A stretch of DNA of 64,000 nt. It comes from Gammaproteobacteria bacterium (GTDB taxonomy: Bacteria > Pseudomonadota > Gammaproteobacteria > CBDBNL01 > JAAOII01). The notes beneath the pieces are model-generated. The model was given only the letters and a program-made list of their open reading frames with translations. It was not told where the DNA came from and did not search any database. The position numbers were made by a program, and so were the translations under genes. The stretch lies in the NCBI GenBank assembly GCA_965209035.1, contig OZ242372.1, positions 1,728,001-1,792,000 on the forward strand. The letters are read 5' to 3'. This document shows, one piece after another, positions 19,907-30,893 of this stretch (within the stretch, counting starts at the first letter, position 1; each line of letters opens with the position of its first letter).

Positions 19907-21445
19907 ATGGAAAAACAAGCATCCGCTGAAATAAGCAATATAATCAAACGCAAAATAGAAGACCTGTCTTTGTCGTCCGAGCCCGGCAGCGAAGGTGTCA
20001 TCGTTTCGGTGGCGGACGGGATCTTAAACATTCACGGGCTGCGCGATGTGCAATACGGGGAAATGATAGAACTTCCCGGCGATATTTATGCGATGGCGTT
20101 GAACCTACAGCGTGACTCCGTCGGCGCGGTGGTGCTGGGAGATTACGAGCATTTAACCGAAGGGGACCGGGTGCGTTGCAGCGGGCGTGTATTGGAAGTT
20201 CCGGTGGGCGAATCCCTGCTCGGGCGTGTGGTGGATGCCCTGGGTGTCCCAATTGACGGCAAAGGGGAATTTAAGGCGGAAGGGACCCTGCCGATTGAAC
20301 GGGTGGCACCCGGTGTGATCAGTCGCCAATCCGTATCCGAGCCGGTGCAAACCGGTTACAAGGCGTTGGATTCCATGGTGCCGATTGGCAGAGGACAACG
20401 GGAATTGATTATCGGCGATCGCCAAACGGGTAAAACCGCCATTGCGATAGACGCGATCATCAATCAGCGCGCAAGCGGGATCAAGTGCATTTATGTGGCG
20501 ATCGGGCAAAAGCAATCCTCTATTGTGAACATCGTCAACAAACTGGCAGCCGAGGATGCGCTGAAACACACAATTATTGTTGCCGCCCCGGCGGCTGCCC
20601 CGGCGGCCATGCAGTTTATTGCGCCTTACTCCGGTTGTGCGATGGGTGAATATTTCAGAGACAAGGGAGAGGATGCTCTCATCATTTATGATGATCTGAC
20701 GAAGCAAGCATGGGCATACAGACAGATTTCTCTGTTATTAAGACGCCCGCCCGGGCGCGAAGCCTATCCCGGCGATGTCTTTTACTTGCACTCGCGCCTT
20801 TTGGAAAGGGCGGCGCGTGTCAATGGCAAGTATGTTAGTCGGATGACGGACGGCAAGGTTAAGGACAAAAGCGGTTCACTGACCGCTTTGCCGATCATTG
20901 AAACTCAGGCCGGCGATGTGTCGGCATTTGTCCCGACCAATGTGATTTCCATTACGGACGGTCAGATTTACCTTGAATCAGATCTGTTTAACGCCGGAAT
21001 TCGCCCCGCCATTAATGCGGGTATCTCGGTTTCCAGGGTGGGGGGTGCCGCCCAAACGCCCATCATTAAAAAACTCGGCGGCGGTGTTCGCTTGGCGTTG
21101 GCTCAGTATCGGGAATTGGAATCCTTTTCTCAGTTTGCCTCCGATTTGGACGAGACAACTCGTCGTCAATTACAACACGGTCAGCGAGTGACCGAATTGA
21201 TGAAACAAAAGCAATATCGACCCTTGAGCGTTGCCGAGATGGCGGCCAGTCTGTTCGCCGCCAACGAGGGATTTTTGGATAAAGTAGAACTTGCCAATAT
21301 TGTTTCTTATGAGGAGTCTATGCATTCTTTTCTTAACACGCAGCGCAAATCCTTGATGGATGCCATCAACGCCGATCCGAAATATGACGACAAGACGGTG
21401 GCGGACCTCAAACAGGCCCTGACCGATTTTGCCGCCGGTATCTGA
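19907..21445 (+). CDS. atpA: ATP synthase subunit alpha
   Basis: [31 protein letters not shown], proteobacterial-type insertion before SLTALP. Confidence 0.98.
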   Translation: MEKQASAEISNIIKRKIEDLSLSSEPGSEGVIVSVADGILNIHGLRDVQYGEMIELPGDIYAMALNLQRDSVGAVVLGDYEHLTEGDRVRCSGRVLEVPVGESLLGRVVDALGVPIDGKGEFKAEGTLPIERVAPGVISRQSVSEPVQTGYKALDSMVPIGRGQRELIIGDRQTGKTAIAIDAIINQRASGIKCIYVAIGQKQSSIVNIVNKLAAEDALKHTIIVAAPAAAPAAMQFIAPYSGCAMGEYFRDKGEDALIIYDDLTKQAWAYRQISLLLRRPPGREAYPGDVFYLHSRLLERAARVNGKYVSRMTDGKVKDKSGSLTALPIIETQAGDVSAFVPTNVISITDGQIYLESDLFNAGIRPAINAGISVSRVGGAAQTPIIKKLGGGVRLALAQYRELESFSQFASDLDETTRRQLQHGQRVTELMKQKQYRPLSVAEMAASLFAANEGFLDKVELANIVSYEESMHSFLNTQRKSLMDAINADPKYDDKTVADLKQALTDFAAGI

Positions 21446-21527
21446 GTCTGTTTCGCTGCTTTGGAGAAACGCCATAAGATCTTATAACCAAACACAGTCC
21501 GACAGGATATAAAACACAAGTCAGAAG

Positions 21528-22409
21528 ATGGCAGCCGGTAAGGACATCCGCAATAAGATTCGCAGTATTCGCAATACGCAAAAGATTACCGGCGCGATGG
21601 AATTGGTGGCGGCCAGCAAGATGCGTAAGGTTCAGGAGCGGATGCAGGCCGGTCGACCTTACAGTGAAAATATGCTGGATCTCATCCGCAGTATGGCGGA
21701 TGCTTCCGTTGAATATCGCCATCCGTTTATGGTGCGGCGAGATTGCAAGGCGGTTGGTTTCGTAATTATTTCCAGCGACAGGGGGCTTTGCGGGGGATTA
21801 AACTATGCGTTGTTTCGCAAGGTCTTGGCGGCCGAGGTGGGATTTGAGAAGCGCGGTATCGGGGTGATGCGCGCAACTCTCGGCGGTAAGGGGACTTTTT
21901 TTTTCAAGGCAATCGGCAAGGAAGTGGCGGCCGCCCAGGGTCATCTGGGTGATACGCCGGCTGTGGCGGATCTGCTGGGAACACTCGGTGTGATGTTGGA
22001 CGCCCACCGCAAGGAAGAATTGGACGAGTTATATGTTTGTTACAACAATTTTGTTAATACGATGGTTCAGCGGCCGGTTGTTCAACAGTTGTTGCCTCTG
22101 CCCAAACAGGAAGAAAGCGACGAAACTACAAAAAAGGACAGCAAACGCCACGGTTGGGATTACATCTACGAACCGGAAGCACCGCAGTTGATGGACAAAC
22201 TTCTGCAGAGATACTTGGAATCTGTTGTATATCAGGCGGTCGTGGAGAACATCTGCTGTGAGCAGGCCGCCCGTATGGTCGCGATGAAAAGTGCCACAGA
22301 CAACGCATCCGATATCATAGAAGAACTGGAACTTCTGTACAACAAAGCCCGACAGGCTTTAATTACACAAGAGATATCAGAGATAGTCGGCGGCGCAGAG
22401 GCTCTTTAG
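21528..22409 (+). CDS. atpG: ATP synthase subunit gamma
   Basis: KITGAMELVAASKM, SDRGLCGG, ARQALITQEISEIVGGA. Confidence 0.98.
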   Translation: MAAGKDIRNKIRSIRNTQKITGAMELVAASKMRKVQERMQAGRPYSENMLDLIRSMADASVEYRHPFMVRRDCKAVGFVIISSDRGLCGGLNYALFRKVLAAEVGFEKRGIGVMRATLGGKGTFFFKAIGKEVAAAQGHLGDTPAVADLLGTLGVMLDAHRKEELDELYVCYNNFVNTMVQRPVVQQLLPLPKQEESDETTKKDSKRHGWDYIYEPEAPQLMDKLLQRYLESVVYQAVVENICCEQAARMVAMKSATDNASDIIEELELLYNKARQALITQEISEIVGGAEAL

Positions 22410-22438
22410 AGTCATTCCAAACGGACAAAATTTTTGGA

Positions 22439-22511
<73 letters not shown>

Positions 22512-22655
22512 CTATTAAAGAAATCCCCTCGTTCTGTCTTATTAGATGCATCTTGGATGTCCTGCGGATGTATCTTCCTGCGATGTGTCTCAGATGCTCC
22601 CGGGCATTTTACTTAATCAACGGCCAGCCGTTCCATTAATCGCGTAACCCAATCA

Positions 22656-24062
22656 ATGCGCCGACTTCTTGTTTTGTGGGGCATTCATTCCATCCTTTCC
22701 ATTCTTTTGATTGCTTGCGGGCAATTCTCGGCCCCGGTGCGGGCAGCGGAGGATCCGCCGCACATTGGCGGCCTATCCGCCGTATCTCTTGCCGAAGAAA
22801 AGAACTTGGGAAGAACCTGGTGGCGACGAAATTATCGCAATCTTAATCCCGTATCGGATTACATCCTTCAATCCTATGCGGAGCATCTTGTGGCACTTCT
22901 GGCACAAACCGAGCAGATGGCAGCCTACGATTTGCAAGTGCATATTCTGCCATCGGATTCTTTGAATGCGTTTGCCGCTCCGGGCGGGATCATTGGCGTG
23001 CATACGGGATTATGGCGTTATGCCGAAACGGAAGAAGAGTTTGCTTCGGTGGTCGCGCATGAGTTGGCGCATCTGAGCCAACGGCATTTTGTGCGTATGC
23101 TGCAAGATGCGCGCGGCAGTTTTCCCGCTTCTTTGGCATCTGTTTTGGCCGGCATAGGTCTCATCATTGCCGGCAATCCGGCCGCCGGGGCTCTTGCCAT
23201 ATACGGCACAGCCGGTTATCAACAAGATCGTTTCTTGGCAATGTCAAGGCGATTTGAAAGAGAGGCGGATAACCTGGCGTCCGACTACATGGCAAGGGCG
23301 GGTTTTTCCCCGGAAGGTGCGCTGAATATGTTTTATCGTATGGAACGACTTGCGGGCGGGAACTCGCTCCCCGCATATCTGAGTACGCATCCGCTCACTT
23401 CCGATAGGTTGCATTTTGCCCGTCTGCGGGCCACGGCCGCCCCCCGCACTTCGCTTGTGCGGGCAACGGATTATCCGTTTATCCGTTTGCGCGCTATGTC
23501 TGTCACGGGCGGGGCGGATGTGCCGGCAAACAGTGCGCCGGCATTGCGGGATTATGCCAAAGCACTGGAACTGAGCGCAAAAGGCTCTCATAAGAAAGCG
23601 GCGAAAATCATGCAAAATCTTGCCAAAGAGCGGCCCGGGTCACAGACTTTGTTCTTCTCGGCCGCGGAATTGCGCCTTCGGGCAAACGAGGGCGGAGAGG
23701 TTCGGCGTCTGCTTGAAGAACGGCACAAGTATCTCGGCGATTCGGCAATTTTGCATTACTTCCTTGCACAGGCATGTGCCCAACAGCAAGATTGGGAGGC
23801 TGCGATTCGTTCTATGTTGTTTGTTCTGAAAGCAAACGAAGAGGATGAAGCAATCTGGCGACATCTTGCCGATTATTACGCCAAGCAAAAGAATAATTAC
23901 GCGTATTTTCTTGCCGATGCGATTTATCGGGTTCTCACGGGCGAAGGCAGGCAGGCACAACGCAGTTTCAAACTGGCAAAGCAACATGCGGCCGGGGACG
24001 CAATTCGTTTGGCGGACTTGGAAGCAACGAGAACCAAGTTTGGCATCCCCGGCGGCGAATAA
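22656..24062 (+). CDS. bepA: M48 metalloprotease with TPR domain, BepA/YfgC family
   Basis: LNAFAAPGG, HELAH Zn motif, E.EAD, YLSTHP...R, TPR-like C-terminus. Confidence 0.85.
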   Translation: MRRLLVLWGIHSILSILLIACGQFSAPVRAAEDPPHIGGLSAVSLAEEKNLGRTWWRRNYRNLNPVSDYILQSYAEHLVALLAQTEQMAAYDLQVHILPSDSLNAFAAPGGIIGVHTGLWRYAETEEEFASVVAHELAHLSQRHFVRMLQDARGSFPASLASVLAGIGLIIAGNPAAGALAIYGTAGYQQDRFLAMSRRFEREADNLASDYMARAGFSPEGALNMFYRMERLAGGNSLPAYLSTHPLTSDRLHFARLRATAAPRTSLVRATDYPFIRLRAMSVTGGADVPANSAPALRDYAKALELSAKGSHKKAAKIMQNLAKERPGSQTLFFSAAELRLRANEGGEVRRLLEERHKYLGDSAILHYFLAQACAQQQDWEAAIRSMLFVLKANEEDEAIWRHLADYYAKQKNNYAYFLADAIYRVLTGEGRQAQRSFKLAKQHAAGDAIRLADLEATRTKFGIPGGE

Positions 24063-24232
24063 CTTGCCGGATCTTTTTTGGGGAATGATGACTGACTGCC
24101 AATAAGAAGTATATAATTCCCATTTTTTATTGCCTCCGTCTTACAAAATTCTTTAATGATGTAGTAAAATGATTTTGCGGTCGGAGAAAGCCCAAAATAT
24201 AAATAAGAAAAAACAAAAACAAAAATAAAGTT

Positions 24233-24442
24233 ATGGCAGTTCAAAAAAGAAAAAAAGCGCGTTCCAGAAGCGCGATGCGTCGGTCACATAATACAAAAGT
24301 GCAACCAACGGCATACTCTGCGGATGCAATGACCGGTGAGATGCATTTACGACATCATATCACCGCTACCGGCTATTATCGCGGTAAGGTCGCGGTGGAA
24401 GTTCCCATTAAGAAGGCGAAAGACGAACAGGAAGAGGAGTAA
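24233..24442 (+). CDS. rpmF: 50S ribosomal protein L32
   Basis: MAVQKRKK..SR..MRRSH, HLRHHIT..GYYRG. Confidence 0.96.
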   Translation: MAVQKRKKARSRSAMRRSHNTKVQPTAYSADAMTGEMHLRHHITATGYYRGKVAVEVPIKKAKDEQEEE

Positions 24443-24507
24443 CTGATACTTGTGGGTATGTTTGCACGGCCTTATGAATTTAATCATAAACAAAAACGAA
24501 TACAAAG

Positions 24508-25458
24508 ATGAAAGACAAAACGGTGTTTCTTTTCCCCGGTCAGGGATCCCAGCGCGTCGGTATGCTTGCCGATTTTGCCGAGCAACCGAGTGTCAAGGAA
24601 ACCTTTGCGGAAGCAAGCGACATCTTATCTTTGGATGTTTGGAAACTCGTCCGGAAAGGGCCCGAGAGCGAGTTAAACAAAACCATATGCACCCAGCCGG
24701 CTCTTTTAACTTGTTCCGTGGCATTGTGGAGGCTGTGGTGTGCCGAGAAGGGACCGGCTCCCGACTTTATGGCGGGTCATAGTTTGGGCGAATACAGTGC
24801 CTTGGTTTGTGCGGATTCTCTGGCATTTGATAAGACCCTTGTTTTGGTCAGACAGCGCGGCAAGTATATGCAGATGGCGGTTAGCGACAAAAAGAGTACT
24901 ATGGCAGCCATACTGGGACTGCAATTGGAAACGGTTCAAAAATTGTGCGAAGCGACGGCGAGCATCGGATATGTGCAGCCCGCAAACATCAATAGCGAAA
25001 CTCAAATCGTAATATCCGGCTTTGCCAATGCGGTGGAAGCGGTTTGTAAGAAGGCAAAGACGGAGGGGGCAAAACGCACTGTGTTATTGCCGGTGAGTGT
25101 GGCATCTCATTGTGAGTTGATGCGCTCGGCTGCCGACCTTCTCGCGGAAGATATTCATACTCTTGAAATCAAGCCGCCGCGTGTTCCTGTTTTTCATAAC
25201 ACCTGCGCCGCTGTGGCGGAGAAGCCGGAACAAGTCAGGGAGTTTCTCGTCAAGCAATTGGTTTCGCCGGTTCGCTGGTTTGATACGGTGAAGGTCCTGC
25301 GCGAAAAAGGGGCGGGTATTGCACTGGAATGCGGCCCCGGCCGGGTGCTTGGCGGGTTAAATCGTTTCGCCGGCAAGGAAATTCAGAATTTTCATTTGGG
25401 CGAGAAACTTGTCGATTTTGAAACCGCGTTGGAAACTCTTCGGAAGTTAGACCAATAA
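24508..25458 (+). CDS. fabD: Malonyl-CoA:ACP transacylase
   Basis: FPGQGSQ, TQPALL, GHSLGEYSAL, VSVASHC, QL.SPVRW. Confidence 0.96.
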   Translation: MKDKTVFLFPGQGSQRVGMLADFAEQPSVKETFAEASDILSLDVWKLVRKGPESELNKTICTQPALLTCSVALWRLWCAEKGPAPDFMAGHSLGEYSALVCADSLAFDKTLVLVRQRGKYMQMAVSDKKSTMAAILGLQLETVQKLCEATASIGYVQPANINSETQIVISGFANAVEAVCKKAKTEGAKRTVLLPVSVASHCELMRSAADLLAEDIHTLEIKPPRVPVFHNTCAAVAEKPEQVREFLVKQLVSPVRWFDTVKVLREKGAGIALECGPGRVLGGLNRFAGKEIQNFHLGEKLVDFETALETLRKLDQ

Positions 25459-25515
25459 CCCGTTTCCCCAAAAGAGACAACTATTGTTAATTGTCATTTA
25501 TTTTTATTTTTGTTA

Positions 25516-26253
25516 ATGCCTAAAAAGATAGCACTTGTAACCGGCGCCAGTCGCGGGCTTGGAAAAGCCATCGCGCATCGTTTGGCGGACAGCGGATTTT
25601 CTGTTACGGGAACCGCCACCACCGCCGAAGGAGCGGCTGCCTTGGCAAAAGAATTGCAAAGCATATCCCCGGATTGCGAAGGCAAAATATTAAATCTGCG
25701 CGAAGAAGAGTCGGTGGAAGAGTTGTTTGCGGATCTGAAAGAGCGCGCAAGAGTGCCGGCTGTCTTGGTTGCCAATGCCGGTATTGCCCAAGATCATTTG
25801 ATTTTACGAATGACATCGGAGCAGTGGAGCGAAGTGATCCGCGTGAATCTGAGCGGCGGCTTTCAACTTTGTCGGCGGGCTCTGCGCGGTATGATGAAAA
25901 ATAAATGGGGGCGCGTTATTTTGCTGGGCTCGGTTGTGGGTGCCATCGGCAATGTCGGGCAAGCCAATTATGCCGCTTCCAAGGCGGGTTTGGCCGCGAT
26001 GGGGCGCAGTCTGGCGCGCGAGTTTGCCGCCCGCGGTATTACGGTGAATACGGTTTCCCCCGGATTTATTGAAACGGATATGACAGCCGACATGGATGAG
26101 AAAATGCGCGTTCATCTGCTTAAGCAGATCCCGTTGCATCGCTACGGCTCACCACAGGAAGTGGCGGCTGCCGTGCATTTTCTTGCTTCCGAGGATGCCG
26201 GCTATATTACCGGTCAAACCCTGCATGTTAACGGCGGGATGTACATGGTGTAA
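25516..26253 (+). CDS. fabG: 3-oxoacyl-ACP reductase
   Basis: TGASRGLG, NAGI, NYAASK, PGFIETDMT, GQTLHVNGGMYM. Confidence 0.96.
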   Translation: MPKKIALVTGASRGLGKAIAHRLADSGFSVTGTATTAEGAAALAKELQSISPDCEGKILNLREEESVEELFADLKERARVPAVLVANAGIAQDHLILRMTSEQWSEVIRVNLSGGFQLCRRALRGMMKNKWGRVILLGSVVGAIGNVGQANYAASKAGLAAMGRSLAREFAARGITVNTVSPGFIETDMTADMDEKMRVHLLKQIPLHRYGSPQEVAAAVHFLASEDAGYITGQTLHVNGGMYMV

Positions 26254-26358
26254 AATACATTTTTACCGCTTTGGGATTTTTTGCCCGGGAGAAGGTGGTA
26301 GAATGCGAGAAAGGTTTTATTTTTATTATTTACTAACTATTAAAAAGGAGTCAATATT

Positions 26359-26604
26359 ATGGACGCAAAAAAAGTAGAAGAAATTGTTATCGGCATAGTT
26401 GCCGAGCAATTAAATGTAAAGAAAGAAGAAGTCAAAGGGAGTTCTTCTTTTGTTGATGATCTGGGTGCCGATTCACTGGACACGGTGGAATTGGTGATGG
26501 CACTGGAAGAGCATTTTGATACGGAAATTCCGGACGAAGAAGCCGAGAAAATCCAAACTATTCAAAATGCGGTCGACTATATCACAAAGCACGGAAAAGA
26601 TTAA
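26359..26604 (+). CDS. acpP: Acyl carrier protein
   Basis: [18 protein letters not shown]; AGGAG RBS upstream. Confidence 0.98.
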   Translation: MDAKKVEEIVIGIVAEQLNVKKEEVKGSSSFVDDLGADSLDTVELVMALEEHFDTEIPDEEAEKIQTIQNAVDYITKHGKD

Positions 26605-26616
26605 TCGGGCTAGTCT

Positions 26617-27855
26617 GTGTCAAAACGCAGAGTTGTTGTAACAGGCCTGGGCATTGTATCTCCTCTCGGTGCGGATGTTTCCTCCAACTGGAAATCTCTG
26701 ACCGAAGGCAGAAGCGGGATAACCACCGTTGAACGGTTTGATGTTTCGCGACTTGCCACCCGATTTGCCGGGCTGATTGAGGATTTCCCTTGCGAGGGTA
26801 TCATCACCGCCAAGGAAGCCAGGCGAATGGATCTTTTTATTCGCTATGCTATTTTTGCCGCGGATCAGGCGGTGCGCGATGCCGGTTTATTGGAATTCAA
26901 CGACTCGCCGGAGCGTTATGCCGTTTATGTGGGTTCCGGTATTGGCGGAATAGGCACGATTGAAGAAAATGTCCTTGTTCTGCATAAGGACGGTCCCCGG
27001 CGGATTTCCCCGTTCTTTGTTCCGGGGAGCATCATTAATATGGCTTCCGGCAGCATATCCATTCGTTACGGGTTTCAGGGGGCAAACATTGGTATCGCCA
27101 CTGCTTGCACCACAGGCACTCATAGCATCGGCTACGGCATGCGATCCATATTGCTTGATGAGGCGGATGTTGCGGTGGTCGGCGGTGCCGAAGCCCCGGT
27201 AACCTATTTGGGTATGGCGGGCTTTGTCGCCGCCCGTTCTCTGTCATCCCGCAACGAAGCCCCGCAAGAAGCCAGCCGTCCTTGGGATAAGGATCGCGAC
27301 GGCTTTGTGTTGGGCGAAGGGGCGGGTGTTCTCATCCTGGAAGAATATGAACATGCCCGGGCCCGTTCCGCTAACATCTATGCGGAATTAACGGGGTTTG
27401 GCGTCAGTGCGGATGCTTGGCATATTACCGCACCGCCGGTCAATGGCGAAGGTGCGGTTCTTGCGATGAGTGCCTCCTTGCGAAGTGCCGGCTTAAATCC
27501 CGCGGATATTTCTTACATCAACGCACACGGGACATCCACCAGCCTTGGCGATCTTGCCGAGGTTCGGGCAATTAAATCGGTTTTTGGCGGTAAAAGTGAG
27601 GTGCCGGCGGTCTCTTCCACCAAGTCCATGACCGGTCATCTGTTAGGGGCGGCCGGTGCCATAGAAGCCATATATAGCGTGATGGCATTGAAAGAGCAAA
27701 CCGCACCGCCGACGATTAATCTGGATCATCCGGACGAGGAATGCGATCTGGATTTTTTGGCGGATGGTACCCGCAGGCTTAAAATAGACAAGGTTCTTAG
27801 TAATTCTTTTGGTTTTGGCGGCACAAACGGTTCTTTGATATTTTCCCGGGTGTAG
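26617..27855 (+). CDS. fabF: Beta-ketoacyl-ACP synthase II
   Basis: GTG start; RRVVVTGLG, TACTTG, NAHGTST, KSMTGHLLGAAG, NSFGFGGTN. Confidence 0.96.
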   Translation: MSKRRVVVTGLGIVSPLGADVSSNWKSLTEGRSGITTVERFDVSRLATRFAGLIEDFPCEGIITAKEARRMDLFIRYAIFAADQAVRDAGLLEFNDSPERYAVYVGSGIGGIGTIEENVLVLHKDGPRRISPFFVPGSIINMASGSISIRYGFQGANIGIATACTTGTHSIGYGMRSILLDEADVAVVGGAEAPVTYLGMAGFVAARSLSSRNEAPQEASRPWDKDRDGFVLGEGAGVLILEEYEHARARSANIYAELTGFGVSADAWHITAPPVNGEGAVLAMSASLRSAGLNPADISYINAHGTSTSLGDLAEVRAIKSVFGGKSEVPAVSSTKSMTGHLLGAAGAIEAIYSVMALKEQTAPPTINLDHPDEECDLDFLADGTRRLKIDKVLSNSFGFGGTNGSLIFSRV

Positions 27856-27883
27856 GTCACATCCGCAGGCATCCGCATTTGTT

Positions 27884-28065
27884 GCCGGCAGCCGAATGCA
27901 TATTTTTAAGAAATACTTTCTTTGGGCTGCGGCTGCTTCCGGTAGCCGAATGAATATCTATAAAAGAATTCGCAAGAAATACTTTCTTTGGGCTTCGGCT
28001 GCTTTTGGTAGCCGAATGAATATCTATAAAAGAATTCGCAAGAAATACTTTCTTTGGGCTTCGGC
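27884..28065 (+). repeat. Triplicated mltG start region (66-bp unit)
   Basis: gccgaatg...aagaaatactttctttgggct occurs three times; in-frame ATGs at 27896, 27950 and 28016. Confidence 0.9.
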
Positions 28066-29044
28066 GACCGCTGTTATCTTGATCGTTTTTGTTGTCTTTT
28101 TTGTGATATCTCATCTGTCCCTTCAAAAAAACTTACGGATACAGGGAGATTCCTATATCCTGTCAATAGAAAAAGGGGATACTTTAATCGGCATTTTGAG
28201 CAGATTGCACGGGGAGAACATCACGGACTCACCGGGAGAGATCCGTTTGTGGATGCGAATTTTCGGCTTGTCGTCGGTGATTCAAGCGGGAGATTACCGC
28301 TTGCAAAAAGATATGACACAACGCGATCTCTTGCATCAACTTGTGGACGGGCAACAGGTTCTTTATTCGGTGCGTGCCGGCACGGGTGGCACCTATAAAG
28401 ATTTTTACGCGGCGGTCCGCAATCATCCGGAGGTCATCGGAACATTGGCGGGTAAGCCGGATGCGGAAGTGATGGAACTTATCGGGAGCGGGTATGCTCA
28501 CCCCGAGGGGATGTTTTATGCCGATACCTATGGTTTTTATGGGGGAGAAACGGATCTGAATATCCTTAAAAGAGCCCATCACAGACTGAACAAAATTCTG
28601 CTGGAGGAATGGGAGGCAAGAGCCGCCGATTTGCCTTATCGGACCCCTTACGAGGCATTGATTCTTGCTTCCATAGTGGAGAAAGAAACAGGACTGGACA
28701 GCGAGCGCCCCGTCATTGCGGGAGTATTTGTCAACCGTTTAAGAAAAGGAATGCGGCTGCAAACGGATCCGACGGTTATCTACGGTATGGGCGACGCATA
28801 CAAAGGCAATATTCGCCGCCGGGACCTGCGCAAACCAACCCCTTACAACACCTATGTCATTTACGGTCTGCCGCCGACGCCGATTGCGCTTACGGATCGG
28901 CGGGCGATCCGCGCCGTCATGCAACCGGCCGATACGGATTATCTTTTTTTTGTTGCCAAAGGAGGCGGTGAAAGAGGGCACTCTTTTTCGGTCACTCTGG
29001 AACAGCACAACCGAGCGGTGAGAAAGTATCAACTGCGTCAGTGA
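28016..29044 (+). CDS. mltG: Endolytic transglycosylase MltG (YceG)
   Basis: N-terminal TM segment, EGMFYADTY, LASIVEKET, RLQTDPTVIYG, YNTY..YGLPPTPI. ORF is open from 27896. Confidence 0.93.
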   Translation: MNIYKRIRKKYFLWASATAVILIVFVVFFVISHLSLQKNLRIQGDSYILSIEKGDTLIGILSRLHGENITDSPGEIRLWMRIFGLSSVIQAGDYRLQKDMTQRDLLHQLVDGQQVLYSVRAGTGGTYKDFYAAVRNHPEVIGTLAGKPDAEVMELIGSGYAHPEGMFYADTYGFYGGETDLNILKRAHHRLNKILLEEWEARAADLPYRTPYEALILASIVEKETGLDSERPVIAGVFVNRLRKGMRLQTDPTVIYGMGDAYKGNIRRRDLRKPTPYNTYVIYGLPPTPIALTDRRAIRAVMQPADTDYLFFVAKGGGERGHSFSVTLEQHNRAVRKYQLRQ

Positions 29045-29138
29045 AGTCATTATTTTTACGACAGGCGGCTGCTCTTGAACAACACAACACCCGCAATACC
29101 CCGGGGTAAAAGCATCATCACAGATATACGGATATGAT

Positions 29139-29750
29139 ATGAACAGAGGCAAACTGATCTGTTTGGAGGGAATTGATTTTTCCGGTAAGAGCACCTACTG
29201 TCGTCATGCGAAAGATTTTTTGACGGGGCGCGGTTATCCCGTTGTTCAAACACGCGAGCCGGGCGGCACCGAGGTTGCGGATAAAATAGCGTCTTTTTTA
29301 AAGCGGGACAGCGAAGAAACGATCCTTCCGCACACGGAGTTATGGCTATTTTTTGCCGCTCGCTGCCAACATCTGCATCATTTTATCTTGCCGCATTTGA
29401 CAAAAGGCACCTGGGTGATAAGCGACAGGTTTCTGCTTTCCAGTTACGCCTATCAGGGCGGCGGTCGTCGCCTGGAAACCGCCCATATAGATGCTCTGGC
29501 AAGCCAATTGCCGCAAGTTGTGCCGGATCTCACCGTGATCTTTGATATTCCGTTTTCGGTGGCACAAACCAGATCCGCCGGGCACTCCAAAGATCGCATA
29601 GAAGGCGAGACTGCCGATTTTTATCAAAGGGTGCGCGAAGTGTACTTGTGCTATGCCGACACGCATCCTGCCGATTCGGTTCTGATAAACGCCGATCAAA
29701 AGCCCGATGCCGTTAAAGCGGATCTGGAAAAAGTGCTCGCGCGGTTGTGA
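29139..29750 (+). CDS. tmk: Thymidylate kinase
   Basis: EGIDFSGKST, TREPGGT, SDRF..SSYAYQG. Confidence 0.95.
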   Translation: MNRGKLICLEGIDFSGKSTYCRHAKDFLTGRGYPVVQTREPGGTEVADKIASFLKRDSEETILPHTELWLFFAARCQHLHHFILPHLTKGTWVISDRFLLSSYAYQGGGRRLETAHIDALASQLPQVVPDLTVIFDIPFSVAQTRSAGHSKDRIEGETADFYQRVREVYLCYADTHPADSVLINADQKPDAVKADLEKVLARL

Positions 29751-30778
29751 ATTCCGAACTCGCGCCGATCTATCCTTGGCAGCGCGACCTCTGGCAAAAA
29801 CTTGTCAAAGATCGCGCGCTCTTACCAAACGCATTGATGCTGTCCGGTCAAGCCGGTATGGGTAAAACGGTATTCGCGCTGCACTTGGCAAGACTTCTGT
29901 TGTGTTTCTCGCCTCAAAACAAAAACAAAAATAAAGATGGAGACGGAGACGGAGTCCTGTCCGCTTGCGGCACCTGCCATTCTTGTTCTCTGTTCGCGTC
30001 CCGGACACACCCGGATCTTCTGCATATTGATGGCTCGGCCTCGTCTTCGGCCTCGTCTTCGGGCTCGTCTTCGGTAAAGAGGAGCATTCTTTTATCCGAT
30101 GTGCATGGATTACGAAATTTCTTACAACGCACATCGCATCTGGGACAAGCCAAAGCGGTTGTGGTGACCGCCGCGGAAACGATGAACCGGGCGGCCGCGA
30201 ACGCGCTCTTAAAGATTTTGGAAGAACCTCCTCCTCAAAAATACCTGATTCTTGTTACGGCGGCCGCCGCACGCCTGCCCGCCACGGTGTGCAGTCGTTG
30301 TGTTTTTATTCATATGCGCTCACTGACCGCGGATGAATTGAACGCTTGGCTCGCCGGTCTTACCGAAGTAATCCGACCGGATGTCTTTTTGTGTGGCCTG
30401 TGCGGCAATGCTCCTTTGGCTGCCCGCGAACTCTTAACTTCCGAAAGGGGGAAGATCCTCGTGCGAATTAACAAAACACTTGAGGTTTTGGAAGCGGGCA
30501 ATGCCAACACACAACAGTTTATCGCCGCATGTCTTACCGGGCTCAAGCACCGGACAGATCCCATTCGGGCGGAGGACCCGCTCAACCTGTTGATATGGCG
30601 GCTGGAAAACATAGTTCTTGGCGGTGCTCCCGTTTCTCAGGATACCCCGTTTTACAGGCTGTGGAAGATTTTTTTGGCTCGGCGGCGTCTGTTGTTGACG
30701 GGTATCAATTTAAACAAGGAACTTCTTTACGAGGAGTGTGCAGTCTTGTGGCAACTCGCTATGCGAAAAAGGGGATGA
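29747..30778 (+). CDS. holB: DNA polymerase III delta-prime subunit
   Basis: YPWQ, GQAGMGK, CGTCHSC Zn finger, HPD, AANALLKILEEP, SRC; follows tmk. Confidence 0.92.
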   Translation: MNSELAPIYPWQRDLWQKLVKDRALLPNALMLSGQAGMGKTVFALHLARLLLCFSPQNKNKNKDGDGDGVLSACGTCHSCSLFASRTHPDLLHIDGSASSSASSSGSSSVKRSILLSDVHGLRNFLQRTSHLGQAKAVVVTAAETMNRAAANALLKILEEPPPQKYLILVTAAAARLPATVCSRCVFIHMRSLTADELNAWLAGLTEVIRPDVFLCGLCGNAPLAARELLTSERGKILVRINKTLEVLEAGNANTQQFIAACLTGLKHRTDPIRAEDPLNLLIWRLENIVLGGAPVSQDTPFYRLWKIFLARRRLLLTGINLNKELLYEECAVLWQLAMRKRG

Positions 30779-30813
30779 AAAAGCCGGGGAAATGGAAATA
30801 AATTCTTTCCCGC

Positions 30814-30889
30814 CGACCAACAATTCTTTGCCCGGATTCTTCAGTAGGTGCTTGGCATGCATCGGGATTAGCCGGATTTGTTTTTCTTT
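30814..30889. repeat. Degenerate duplicate of an internal manC segment (source 30974..31050)
   Basis: 30814..30868 matches 30974..31028 at 53/55 positions, then decays. Confidence 0.9.
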
Positions 30890-30893
30890 TTAG

